A DNA stretch of 63,672 nucleotides, the filler included, from Sphacelaria rigidula (Eukaryota): NCBI GenBank assembly GCA_964200075.2. It is 11 parts of 11 records of this genome, joined end to end, with 100 filler letters (N's around TTAATTAATTAA, not from the genome) between each part and the next. Parts side by side here need not be neighbours in the genome. Positions count along the whole stretch, not along the records: positions 1 to 5,698 come from CAXNAA020025162.1; positions 5,799 to 11,496 come from CAXNAA020025163.1; 9 more parts are not named here. One strand, 5' to 3'. Below the pieces are notes generated by a model. That model was not told the origin of the DNA, searched no databases, and worked only from the letters and a program-made list of their open reading frames with translations. Below are positions 1 through 10,283 of this stretch, piece by piece. A program made the position numbers and the translations under genes. Each line of letters begins with the position of its first letter. Within the stretch, counting starts at the first letter, position 1.

Positions 1-71
1 CGAAAGGGATGCGTGGTCAATGGTCAAACGACTAAGGCAAGCAGCAAATGAGTACGCACCCCCACCCCCCC
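1..71 (+). mobile_element. 3' end of oligo(C)-tailed LINE (tail family F1)
   Basis: GGGATGCGTGGTCAATGGTCAAACGACTAAGGCAAGCAGCAAATGAGTACGC plus C-run. Other F1 copies: 2191-2265(+), 5539-5607(+), 46386-46454(-), 48998-49080(-), 58607-59078(+). Confidence 0.8.
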
Positions 72-106
72 TTGAAACCATGAGGTTTTAGGGTATTTCG
101 TCTCAC

Positions 107-286
107 CGACCGGACGGCGGCTCGCAACTTCCGCGTGGCGTTGAAGACCTGAAACTGCTGCAAATTTTCCCCGAGGTCGCGCTCCGCTAGAGACTGGTCC
201 GCGGCTTGGAACCATGGGTGTGAAAATGCGCCATCCGCTGTCATTCGCCGCTCCGGATCCACCACCAACATCTTGCTGATCAAGTC
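107..286 (-). CDS. CaMK-family Ser/Thr kinase(-like), exon: subdomain XI plus autoinhibitory/calmodulin-binding segment
   Basis: AG..GT-bounded 180-nt exon, DLISKMLVVDPERRMTADGAFSHPWFQ...FQVFNATRKLRAAVRS. FNxxRKLR matches the CaMK regulatory segment. Phase 0 join to exon 1676-1834. Confidence 0.9.
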
Positions 287-402
287 CTACACTTCGCGGT
301 TTCCGTTAAGTCGACATGGGAAATCAACATTGCCCTCAAAATGTGATAACAGAATAGAGACCGCTTGTCGCCGTCAGTTTCCGGCTTGTGCACAGGCAGA
401 AT

Positions 403-480
403 GACCTCATCAGCGAGTTGTCAATGATGAATCCGCTGAGGCGCATGACGGCAGAAGGTGCGCGAAATTCCTCATCCATT
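403..480 (+). pseudogene. Inverted, degenerate copy of the adjacent kinase exon inside the intron
   Basis: Plus-strand translation DLISELSMMNPLRRMTAEGA vs minus-strand exon DLISKMLVVDPERRMTADGA. Confidence 0.65.
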
Positions 481-494
481 GTTAGACGACGATA

Positions 495-1600
495 CAGTGC
501 TTTTCATTGTCACTAATATGGAGGCGGTACTTTGGAAAGGTCGAGCGCCCAAACACAACGCACCTGGCGTTTGGTGAGGCTGAAACTTCACGTAAGTGCA
601 AGTTAAGGCAGCAGGTAGGTGTTAGGGCAACAATACCAGCGACCCGAGGCGTTTGGCGCGCTGCATGGATTGAAATGACGACTGTGCAAGATGCTGGAAC
701 TCTTTCGGACCATTCTTCACTCTCTAATGACAATTGTAGATGGAACGATATCGAATCGGCGCAGAAGCAGCGGCAGATCTTGCCAGCACAATCGTTTAGG
801 TCAGCCGCTTATCGGTTGACGCTTGCAGTAACACAGATAACAATCACCACTCAGAGCTCATCATTCATTTCAAGGTTGCTACCCCTGAGGTTTGTACGCC
901 GTCTCCCGCAAGACGCGGCGGTACAGTCGAGCCGAATACGACAGTATCTTCTACCAAGGACCGCTGTGAAGCTGTGCAGGAAGGGGGCAACATCTCCGTG
1001 TGGGAAGCACCAGCGCTTGCGAGTCCGACCTCACAACAGCCTGACGAAGACGGAGCGGTTGTTGTATTCCTCTTCCATCAGAATAAACCTGCAATTCTTG
1101 AACAGGGCGTTCCCACGTGGGTATCTTGGCCTTTCTCTGACTGTCGCGTGGTCAACCTTGGTACGGAGTTCTATTTCACCATTTCGCTTGGTTTCAGAAT
1201 AGGACAGAATGCAATTTCCAATTTCACGGGTGAATCGCAGGTATTCCAGCCCTGCCGAGGCGTGGTCCGCGTCGTTCAGTCAGTGCAGTACTTCTTCTAC
1301 GGCCGGCTCGAGGTACACAGTGCCAACTTTTGTCGTGCATTCCTACGCTAGAATACATTCAATGTATTGAGCGCTTCCTCTCTCCGCAGCGGCATGCATC
1401 CTTTGCCATGATGTTGATTGCATCGCCAGCTTGCCGTGCTGATGTATACACCCATTATGCCTCTCTTCCATGGACGGATGTTCCTCTAATCTCCGCACAT
1501 TTCACGCGACAGAGCATAACCGTTTCTAGTGTGTAACCCCCGCGTCAGAAATCAAATTTTCGGTACAACGCCTCCATATTTTGGAAAAGGAAAAACACTG
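495..1600. repeat. Old dispersed repeat in kinase intron
   Basis: Reverse-complement similarity by eye to 38560-39120 (e.g. aatatggagg.ggta, gctgaaacttcac, gcaggtaggtgtt) and 36780-37240 (gtattccagccctgc, gtgccaacttt). Confidence 0.7.
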
Positions 1601-1675
1601 AATGAATAGACCAGTGATTTCTACCGACCAATTGCAATTTCGTTTCTACCGACCAGATGAACAAAGCAAGATCAC

Positions 1676-1834
1676 CTTCGCGTTAGTCGACACGTTGTCC
1701 CAGCTGTGGGCCGAGAAATTGTACTTTCCCTTCCGGATATGGCGGAACATGGTGGACTGCCTGAAGGCCTTGAAGGGGAGGTCGCCGGCGAGGATTGTGT
1801 ACATGGTGACCCCCATGCTCCACATATCCACCGG
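1676..1834 (-). CDS. CaMK-family kinase(-like), exon: subdomains IX-X
   Basis: cag|CCG..AAG|gtgatc; PVDMWSMGVTMYTILAGDLPF...IRKGKYNFSAHSWDNVSTNAK (DxWSxG motif); 159 nt, phase 0. Confidence 0.9.
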
Positions 1835-2480
1835 CTGCCGTCACAACCAAAACCGTCGAGGTAATTAGACACACACACAAGATGCAGAAACCGAGAAAGC
1901 GCCGTGAAAAGTGGGAAAAGCAAAATATCGTTGGAATATGAAAGCAATATAAAGTCACCATTGAATCCCAATATATATATACACCAACTGTACGCGCTCT
2001 TCGACACGAACAGTCAGCAGGACGTGCACAAGTGACCCACGTCTCCCTCCGAAGGTACAGACAAAATAAATATTGGATGGCACGCATTGTGGAATGTCAG
2101 GCGGTAATTAAGTGGTGCGTCACTCATGTCGTCAGACCATCTCACCTCACGGTAGGGTGTAACGCGACTAAACAAGAACACCCCCTCCCTTGCTCCATCT
2201 CAAAATGGATGCGTGGTCAATGGTCAAACCATTAAGGCGAGCAACAAATGAGTACGCCCCCCCCCGCTACCACGGCGCTTACAGCGAGCATTTCCATCGT
2301 GTTCTGGAACACACTTACCCGAGAGGGTGGGGACGCACAGTCTCCACATGCAGGCTATACGTGAACGCACATGCAGGCTAGATCAGTGTCGCAACTCTTA
2401 TATTCCCTTACACTGCGACAACGAACTAAACGGCAGACGGTATTTGCTGGTATTTCTTTACCCACACACACACCATATAC

Positions 2481-2732
2481 CTTGCCGTAGGGCTTGGATT
2501 CCAAAACCTCCGGCGAGACGTAGTGCGGCGCTCCGCACTTGTCGTTGCGAAGACCGTAAGCCACGCTGCAGGCCTGCCCGAAGCCAGCGATCTTTATGGT
2601 ACTATTGTCGGCGGACAGAAGCATGTTGCTCGGCTGTAGGTCGCGGTGAATCACGTCATGGGCATGGCAGTGCTGAATGGCCAATAGTAGCGCGCGGCAG
2701 ATCGCCCTGACTTTCTGCTCATTGTAGCCTTC
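2481..2732 (-). CDS. CaMK-family kinase(-like), exon: subdomains VIa-VIII with altered catalytic motifs
   Basis: cag|GAA..AAG|gtatat; EGYNEQKVRAICRALLLAIQHCHAHDVIHRDLQPSNMLL...IKIAGFGQA...CGAPHYVSPEVLESKPYGK; 252 nt, phase 0. Confidence 0.9.
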
Positions 2733-2871
2733 CTGTTTTCGTGTTACGAGTCAGTTTGTTTGTTTTTTTGCGTCAGCGAGCATGCAGTTGTTTTCAGTGA
2801 TGGTTGTAAAACGAGGAAATCTCAACCTGTTGTAATCATCGGGGTGTTTCCGAGAGGCAGCGGCAGCGGCA

Positions 2872-3010
2872 GGGGAAGGGAAAGGGGGCGGTACTCATGG
2901 TATGGCATGCCGTAGTCACTAGACCACCGAGCTCGCATCACTACAAAGCAGGGACGAAACACGCGGGGTTTTCGCCCGACCAGGCTCGCCATGAATCGCC
3001 AACGCCTTTA
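2872..3010 (-). mobile_element. Oligo(C)-tailed retroposon, tail family F2 (5'-truncated)
   Basis: Reverse complement ...gatgcgagctcggtggtctagtgactacggcatgccataccatgagtaccgccccc; upstream part matches 48540-48615. Confidence 0.7.
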
Positions 3011-3305
3011 CTCGGGAAGTGCGCTCGCCAATACGTGATGTTGCAGTTTGCGACGGAGTCCATGCCCGCTTTTGGCTTGGGGTATCTGTGAGAGGCGATT
3101 GAGACAGCAAAGACTAGATGCCTTTACGCGAACTCAGCATTCCGAGAGAGGCGAGCATGTGGATGTTTTTTCCGACAATACAGGACAAGGCCATAACTGT
3201 GGTGAATTCACAGTCTCACTTGCGAAGTAGATAGGGTTAACGTTTCGTATGTGTGTGATTGCGTGAAAGCAATTGGGGTGGAAGCTTGTTCGTTTTCATG
3301 CCGCC

Positions 3306-3625
3306 GCGCCCCAGCGGTATAATAGTCCGATTATCACCATTAGGGTGGAGAGAACGAGGGTTCGAATCTCGATGCGTTGGGCTTTTTCTTTCAAGTATCT
3401 TATTTCCATCGTCGAAAGGGCGAATACGCAAGAAAAAAATACTACTTGACTGAGTTTGTTCGACGGAAGTTGACGCGGTGCGGGATTGCTAACCCAATCC
3501 GCGAGACCAGAATGCAAGGCGTGTACCGGGGAGAGGTGGGTTGATCCCTTGAGACCACGGACTTGTTCCAAGGAAGGAAAGGGTTCCAAAGTGCGAAGAA
3601 AAAAAAAAGAACAAAGAATAAAGAA
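3306..3625 (+). mobile_element. tRNA-derived SINE
   Basis: tRNA-like head with B-box GGTTCGAATC; body shared with 46500-46800 (ccaatccgcgaga..aatg.aaggcgtgtacc.ggga); A-rich end. Confidence 0.65.
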
Positions 3626-3891
3626 TGAATGACTCGATATACCGCAAAACGTGGACGCCCGGTTATATGTATGCAGTGTGCTTAGCAGTTGAAGCTTCCG
3701 TGACGACTACGCCCCCCTTGTCACGCCTAATGTTTGAGATATCATGTTCGCACGCTTCGCGATTTTGGTTCCTGCTTTGTGTCACATCCACTGCCGACAC
3801 ACTCGGGCAGGCGCATACCCATGACTATTTCGATCGAAACCCGAGCAATGTGAAAGGGTGGATGGATGTGACAATACTTCACAACACATAC

Positions 3892-4026
3892 ATTCGCGGC
3901 GATGTGGTCAAACAGCTCCCCTCCGGACATGTGCTCCAGCACTACGTAGTCGAAGGCTCGGTCGTCCTGGAAATACTGGAAGATCTCGACAACATTCGGG
4001 TGCTGGACCTGTCGCAGGATACGAAC
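3892..4026 (-). CDS. CaMK-family kinase(-like), exon: subdomains III-V
   Basis: aag|GTT..AAT|gtatgt; VRILRQVQHPNVVEIFQYFQDDRAFDYVVLEHMSGGELFDHIAAN (HPNVV, GGELFD); 135 nt, phase 0. Confidence 0.9.
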
Positions 4027-4615
4027 CTTGTGGTTCAGTGTGGCGTGGGGAACACGGACGGGGCAGGGGTTAGCAGGCCCATCGTGAGTAGCTTATAGAC
4101 CGATACCCGTATGAACAGGCGTGGATTGATTAGAGAGCGCGAGGTGAGACCCATGCTGTGTTTTCTGTCGTGATAGCATATTTTCCATGCTACAGCTCTC
4201 CACCTACTCACCCACACATGGAAAAAAAGGAGGGTTGTTACCGACGTTTTGAGGCTACTCATACGCAACCCAATTTTTGTACTGAAGTCACGATACAAAG
4301 AAACACCTCACGTGAAAAAAAACGCCAGAAGGCGAGAGAGCAAACCACACGTCAAGGGCAAGATACACAGAAGCAAACGATCAGATTTCCACACCCTGGA
4401 CAACAGAATACACAGTCAAAAGTGTACTGCGTACAGTATCGACTATTGCGCCTATTGCAATAGACAATATATTCCACACTGTACGCAGTATATTTTTTTA
4501 CAACAGAATCCATTGTCCAGGGTGTGCAGATTTCAGATGATGACGTTTATGAAGACGGAAGAGCAAGGAGGGCGCGCAATCACCCCCCCCCCTCGCCCCC
4601 CCCTCCCTTCAGCAT

Positions 4616-4663
4616 AGGTCAGTGGTCTTATGACTATGGCATGCAAGATCATGAGTATACCCT
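4616..4663 (+). mobile_element. Short F2 tail copy with degenerate TSD
   Basis: ggtcagtggtcttatgactatggcatgcaagatcatgagtataccc flanked by cccttcagcata (4605-4616) and ctcttcaggata (4662-4673). Other short F2 copies: 5799-5851(+), 11597-11656(+), 40425-40484(-). Confidence 0.7.
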
Positions 4664-4954
4664 CTTCAGGATATGGGATAGGCACGAGAGAAGTAAAGAA
4701 GGCCGTGAAGTCACGGTATAGTTTGTGCGAGCAAACAAAGTCTGTGTACTAATGCCCGAATGTTGTGCTCTGACTTATTGAACGACGCCCATGTTTTCGT
4801 GTGAAATGAAGCACGGGTGACAGCTTTCATCTCGAGATCTACACATGGAATAACGTTGTACAGAGGAACAAGAATGAGGGCAATCCTACCCCGCTACCCC
4901 CCTCCCCTCCAAAAAAACAAAAACCACAAGAATGAAAAAAACAAAAAAACTCAC

Positions 4955-5136
4955 CTCCTCCAACAACGCTTCGTTCTGACCGGAAGTCCTCTTTTTCACT
5001 CTCTTGACGGTGTACGTTTGACTTTGGGTCGATCCGTGGGGTGGTGCCTTCACCACCACATTAGGCATGGCTATCCAAAAGGTGATAATCCTTCCTTTTG
5101 CCGTCTGCTTGGTCAAGACATACATTCGTTCGAACT
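4955..5136 (-). CDS. CaMK-family kinase(-like), exon: subdomains I-III with degenerate Gly-loop
   Basis: gcag|AG..GAG|gtgagt; FERMYVLTKQTAKGRIITFWIAMP...YTVKRVKKR...EALLEE joins in frame to VRILRQ. Upstream exons not resolved. Confidence 0.75.
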
Positions 5137-5698
5137 CTGCACACACCACATCAAATATATGGGGCCAAAAAACACCGCACGGTGGGGCGAGGGCGGGATG
5201 GCGGGGTGGGAACGTCACGCACTAACGCGTAATGACTGGTTGCAAGGGTGCCGTTACTGCAGATCGAACGACAAGCTCAGCTTGCAAAATGAACGGCTGG
5301 GCAGGGTCTCTATCCCCATCCTCCCTTCCGCCGAAAAAATGGCAAGCTTGCGCTTTTGATGAAGCTGCTACTACTTTCTGGGTACCCGAACACGCCTATT
5401 ACTGGTGTTTCAGACTTCTCGACGGCGGATTCAAGTCCACTTGTCGGGGGTATGTCATCGGCCGTTGGATACAACAACGGGGGGTCCGATCGCAGGCAAA
5501 CACCAACTGAAGCTGTCTCGATCGCCCTTCCTCTGAAAGTTCTGTCTCGAAATAGATGCGTGATCAATGGTCAAAGGACTCAGGCAAGCAACAAATGAGT
5601 GCGCCCCGATTGCAGCGCCATATAAAGCTGTCTATCTCCCCCCACCCCCCCCCCCGGCGCCTCCCCCCGACCCGTGACGCCCCTGGGCAGGCAGGCAA

Positions 5699-5798
5699 NN
5701 NNNNNNNNNNNNNNNNNNNNNNNNNNNNNNNNNNNNNNNNNNTTAATTAATTAANNNNNNNNNNNNNNNNNNNNNNNNNNNNNNNNNNNNNNNNNNNN
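5699..5798. other. Artificial contig-joining spacer (first of ten)
   Basis: N44-TTAATTAATTAA-N44, with stops in all six frames. Also at 11497-11596, 17295-17394, 23093-23192, 28891-28990, 34688-34787, 40485-40584, 46282-46381, 52079-52178, 57876-57975. Contigs are 5698 or 5697 bp; 5x5698+6x5697+10x100=63672. Confidence 0.98.
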
Positions 5799-6227
5799 CG
5801 ATGTCAATGGTCTTATGACTATGGCATGCATGATAGTTCCGCCCCCCCCCCAAAAAAAAACAGCCCATAAGTGTCACGGAAGAAATGGTCATTCAGCGCC
5901 TGATGTTTGGGCTCAGGCTTCATGAATCACCTCATTTAGGCGACATTGGCGAGAACGAACCCAATTGTGGGAATTCCGAGCCGCTCATTGTGCTCGGCTC
6001 TCCCCATTTCGATTTACGTGAAGATTTTGCCTCCCCAAACCAGGCACGTTTTTGTTGGGAGCTATCGTAGAAGGCGTCGCTGCTTCCCGTCCACGTTCAT
6101 GTTCCTCTTGTGTTACTTTTACTTTTCACATGCAAGGTGCACGTTGCCGCCGTAGGATGGTGCACACTCGATATTGCTCTGTACGTTGAAGTATTTTATT
6201 GTGGAGACTTGTTTCTTCTGACCGCAG

Positions 6228-7502
6228 GTCTGCGAAAATGACTCCTGTGTAGATGAAAGATCCTCAGCAATGTGGCATTCCCTGGTTCAAAACGTTATCC
6301 GAAGAATGCGTGCGAAGTAAGCAGTTACGGTATCATTATTGTAGCTGTCTCCACCTTCATGACATACCGCAAGTCTCCGGTTCGCCCCTTTCGACCACGA
6401 TGCTCGTCCACGGCGTTAGATACTACCACTTGGTACAATGACTCTTTGGATAATTATTTTACTTGATTCAAGTATGAATGCCGAAAACAGAATCTTCAGC
6501 GGAGCTTGGGTCTCTAGTGCTGGTAGCTTGCGCAGGATGCGTTTTTTTTCGGCGCCGATTTGATGTATTCGAGATCTACCAACACTACACTTTGCCTAGG
6601 GGATACTTTGCAGCAGCTCCCTTGTCCGAGGATTCTCGTGTTCCTTGGTTGGCGTAGGGTCAGGGTTGAGCGTTATCTCTAAATCATTCTTCAAAGAGTC
6701 ATTCTACCAAGTGGCGGTATGACCTCGTCTACTTATGGTGAAAGTTTCTGCGTCGTATATTCCCTTGATGACCCTCCCGTTGCCACCGCCTGCTCACTGC
6801 TTGCCCTCTTGATGCCCAAGTCTTGTTTGCCGAAACGGGTGAGGGAAAACGTCAAGATGTTTTTGGCGAGAGTGCACGCGATGCTATGGGCGCGCGACGT
6901 GTTCGGGTCTCGTCACTCCTTCGACTTCGACGTCAAAATTTGGGGCACTCGGTCGCGCGCATGCCGCAAGAGGGATACTGCAGACTGGACCCGCTTCTGC
7001 TTCGAGAGGTGCTCGGACCTTTTGTTCGAAGCCATGAGGATTGGGATCTACAACGACAATTACTCAATTGTGTATACTTGCTTGCTGCAGACCGCGGAGC
7101 CGAGAAATTGGCGAAAGGTGGGAAGAGGTATCTACAGTGGGCGCTCGCTCGTCTTTATTTTCGAGGGGGAGATTTGCTGCATAGTCGCTATTGTTCTGTT
7201 TCCACTCTTGACATGGTGATGGCCTACCTGTTATGACGGCAGCGGCGGGCATGAGAAGTCGTGACCTAGACACACCTACTTGACAAATCCATGACGAAAA
7301 CTACACAAAGGCGGTTTGATGTTTCTGACTGTCACCCTTTCAACACATTACTCTTCGGGCGCAGGTATCCAGCATGATGGACGAGGAGTTGTTGGAGCAT
7401 TTCAGGTTTCAGCCGATGCCTGGTCATCTTGCGATGGCTGCTACTCTCTGCTGGAGAGCCGGTGCATATTCGCGGGCTGCTCGCCATTTGGATGAGACAG
7501 GG
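6228..7502 (+). CDS. Candidate upstream exons of the PPR-Smr-like gene (6228-6316, ~6700-7117, 7365-7502)
   Basis: AG/GT-bounded open segments with compatible phases (..RMRA aa|gtaagc; ..EPRNWRK|gtggga; cag|VSSMMDEELLEHF..HLDETG|gtgaga), phase 0 to exon 8082. Confidence 0.45.
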
Positions 7503-8081
7503 GTGAGAATCATCACTTGTGTGAAATGAGGGCACTACATTGGTGTTCATTCTGTGATGTACAGCACCCTCGGGTAGAACAAACAGGGCTTTTTTAATAC
7601 ATGAACCAATGAGAAAATAGAACCTCAGCTGTATATGTATACCTATATATACACTGCACAGGGGTGGTGTCGCATGGGGTTTTCTGGTATTCGTAGTATT
7701 GGACTGTAGAATCTCAGCGATTCGTCATAACTTGGACGCCATACGGTAGGCACTGCGGTAGAACAAGACGTTACCACATGAAAAACGATGATCCACCGAA
7801 AGGTATTTTCGAGCATGTTGCCACCGCTCTTACTCCGCTTGGGGTGGAGATGAGGATTCTGCAGTCTGTGTTTGTTTCTCGGTAACAAATGTGGATGGAT
7901 GTTGCCACGTTGGGGTGATGTACACGGGAAGGGTTACCAACGAGGTGAGTAGCTTGCCGCCGTTTTGTGCAGGAAGGAGTACCAACAATGATGTTTCTAG
8001 ATGGCGTGAATCGTGTGTCCTTGTCTCCGACTTCTCTAAATGTCAATTTGACCGAGAGTACTCCTCATTTGTCACAATCAG

Positions 8082-9635
8082 GGTGTTGAAGGCATGAGGA
8101 GCCTTGGAGCGTTTCAACCCCTCTGGCGGGCGTACCACCGCCGGCTGCACGCGACGCCAACGTACCAGGGCTGGCTATGGCCCAACCTCTTGATCGCGAT
8201 AGATATTTACGGTCGTGCTGGGCGCTGGGTTGAGGCAGCAGAAGCGTTCTCCACGCTCGCATACGGTGATGACTACGAATCTTCTCTCAACTCTCGCGGC
8301 GGAGCTAGCAGCGTAGGTTCGGTGGCTAGCGATGGCACCGGAACGATCGCCACCCCGCAGGCTGCATTGCATCCGGCGCCTCTAGCTCAAGCGGTAACCG
8401 CCTGTATTAAGCTCGGCCAGATCGAAGAGGCGGCAGCGGCGCTGTCGGGTATGCAGACGAGCCTTTGCTCTGACGCGGCTGCAGCAGGTCCCGGGGGCAG
8501 TGGGCGACGAATATCGCCTGGCGCAACGATCGGAGCAGCGCCAGGCAACGGGGGCGATGGGTACGACGAAGCCGGGTGGTTAGTTGCGGAGGAGGCGTTC
8601 GCGGACGAAGTAGGTGAGGACAGCACCGAGGAGTTTGTTTATACCGGGGGACAACCGGACGCCGCGTGGGTCGAGGCGACTGTCCGTGCATTCGTCGGTG
8701 AAAACAGGCGGGACCTTGCTTCCGCGGTACTCTCGCCCGAAATCTGCAAATGGACCAGCGTTGATGCAGTTGCAAGACAGCAGCTTCGACAGTACGCCAC
8801 AGGAAAAGATGGAGGGGATGATGTCCGATGGGAAACGGAAGGACCACGGCGACCGCTAGACCCACCGGAGAAAAAGCCCATCGCGACGCCGACGGCGCCA
8901 GGGATGACGGAGGGGGCCGAGGAGGCTAGTCGAGCGTTGGGAACAGGCGTAGAAGTAGCGGGCGCAGCACGGTCACTGTCTTTTGTCGATCCTTTAGCTG
9001 CTTCTACGGCACCAGGATCAGAAATCTCACGATCAGACGCCGAAGGCAGCGAGAACGTCCCGGGAGATGAGTACTTCGGGTACGATGTGGCAACGGGACC
9101 AGACACCACCTACAACGACGGTGCGAGGATAAGAAGGGAGCAGATCTGTGCGGAAGGGCTCCGGTGGTTGGCTTCATCGGAGGGCCAACCCGAGGCTTAC
9201 GATGTCGCTGGAGGCGCGTTCAGCACAGCATCTTCTGAACTATCTGATCCGCTCGCTCCAACCCCGCCGTTGCCGCCCACCACAGGATCCCTAGGAGCCG
9301 ACAGTCGTGCTGCCGGGGGTGCGAACCAGCTCCTCCGGTCACGCACCGCTGCTGTGTCCGCCGAGGTTATTCTTGCTGCCGCACGGCGTGCTTGGGCGTC
9401 GGACGCGTGCCGAGTGGAGCAGGCAACGCGAGATATCGGCAAGTGTGCGGCGCTGGCGCTGTACGAAGCCGGGGTGGAAACGGGAAGGCTATCGGCGAAC
9501 CGGCAGTGGGCGAGTATCGCCGGAGGGGTGGTGGACTTGAGCGGAGCTCATTTCTCGAGAAGCCAGGCAGTTGGAACGGGTGCCCTGAACGTCGTCCTCA
9601 GAGACATGCTCCGAAAGTACGCATTCGGCGAGGAG
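8082..9635 (+). CDS. PPR/TPR-like helical repeat protein with C-terminal Smr-like domain, large exon
   Basis: cag|GGT..GAG|gtgagc, 518 codons. PPR-like motifs LLIAIDIYGRAGRWVEAAEAFSTL and LAQAVTACIKLGQIEEAAAALSGM; Smr-like start ALALYEAGVETG...W...VVDLSG...ALNVVLRDM. Confidence 0.75.
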
Positions 9636-9860
9636 GTGAGCAGCGTTGAACCATGTGGCTTTGTTTCATGTATGCATGTCAGGGTTTTTGGATTAGACGC
9701 CAAAGACGTGTTTCCTCTCCAGAATTCCGGGGTCCTACTGGTTCTGTTATGCGCTCCATAGTGCATATACTATACTTGGCTACACTGCACTGCTGCCTAT
9801 GACCCACACATCCTCCTACCCTGCCCATATGACTTTTTCGCCGCTCCCACCCATGTACAG

Positions 9861-10283
9861 CTGGACAGACACGTGCATCACCCGGGGTCCGATCTTATAG
9901 TGATAGTCGACGTGGCAGTCTCGAGTGTGGCCGTTTCCAGCGTCCGGGCCATCCTGTGGCTGCTGGGGAGTGAGTTCAGCCACTATGAAAGTGGCGCCCT
10001 CAGCCCCCCGGAGTTGCTTGGCCTAACCCCCGCAATATATCCGACCCCGCAAGTGTCGAAACCACTACGGGATGTGAAGAGACAAATCATGGACCGACCA
10101 CGCAAGAGCGGGGTGGTGTTATGTCTCCCGCGGCTTCAGCTACAGAGATGGCTGCTGGAAGAGGGGCGGGCGCGGAGGGGTAGCGACGGCGTGGACTGGT
10201 CACCACCATGGTTGGAGTTGGAGGTTGATGGTCCACCGCTTTTGCCTGTCCATATGCAGTCGGACACGCGTAGTAGACGGTAG
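9861..10283 (+). CDS. PPR-Smr-like protein, terminal exon
   Basis: tacag|CTG in frame with previous exon; DLIVIV...SGVVLCLPRLQLQRWL resembles the end of Smr domains; ends in TAG. Confidence 0.7.
   Translation: MDRHVHHPGSDLIVIVDVAVSSVAVSSVRAILWLLGSEFSHYESGALSPPELLGLTPAIYPTPQVSKPLRDVKRQIMDRPRKSGVVLCLPRLQLQRWLLEEGRARRGSDGVDWSPPWLELEVDGPPLLPVHMQSDTRSRR

Noticed and set aside
507..1351. 231-aa and 125-aa ORFs; QQPDEDGAVVVF looked like a Ulp1 protease motif
   Set aside because: They lie in a decayed dispersed repeat, the catalytic Cys is absent, and the frame is not convincingly conserved in the 38300-39120 copy.
5229..5567. Additional upstream kinase exon
   Set aside because: No unambiguous splice sites or motifs; it overlaps an F1 tail copy.
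5743..5754. Recurring TTAATTAATTAA palindrome at regular ~5.8-kb spacing
   Set aside because: Always embedded in N44 blocks; an assembly linker, not biology.
7662..7944. Extra exons of the PPR-Smr-like gene
   Set aside because: Candidate AG/GT pairs give stops or incompatible phases; 7502 joins 8082 in frame without them.
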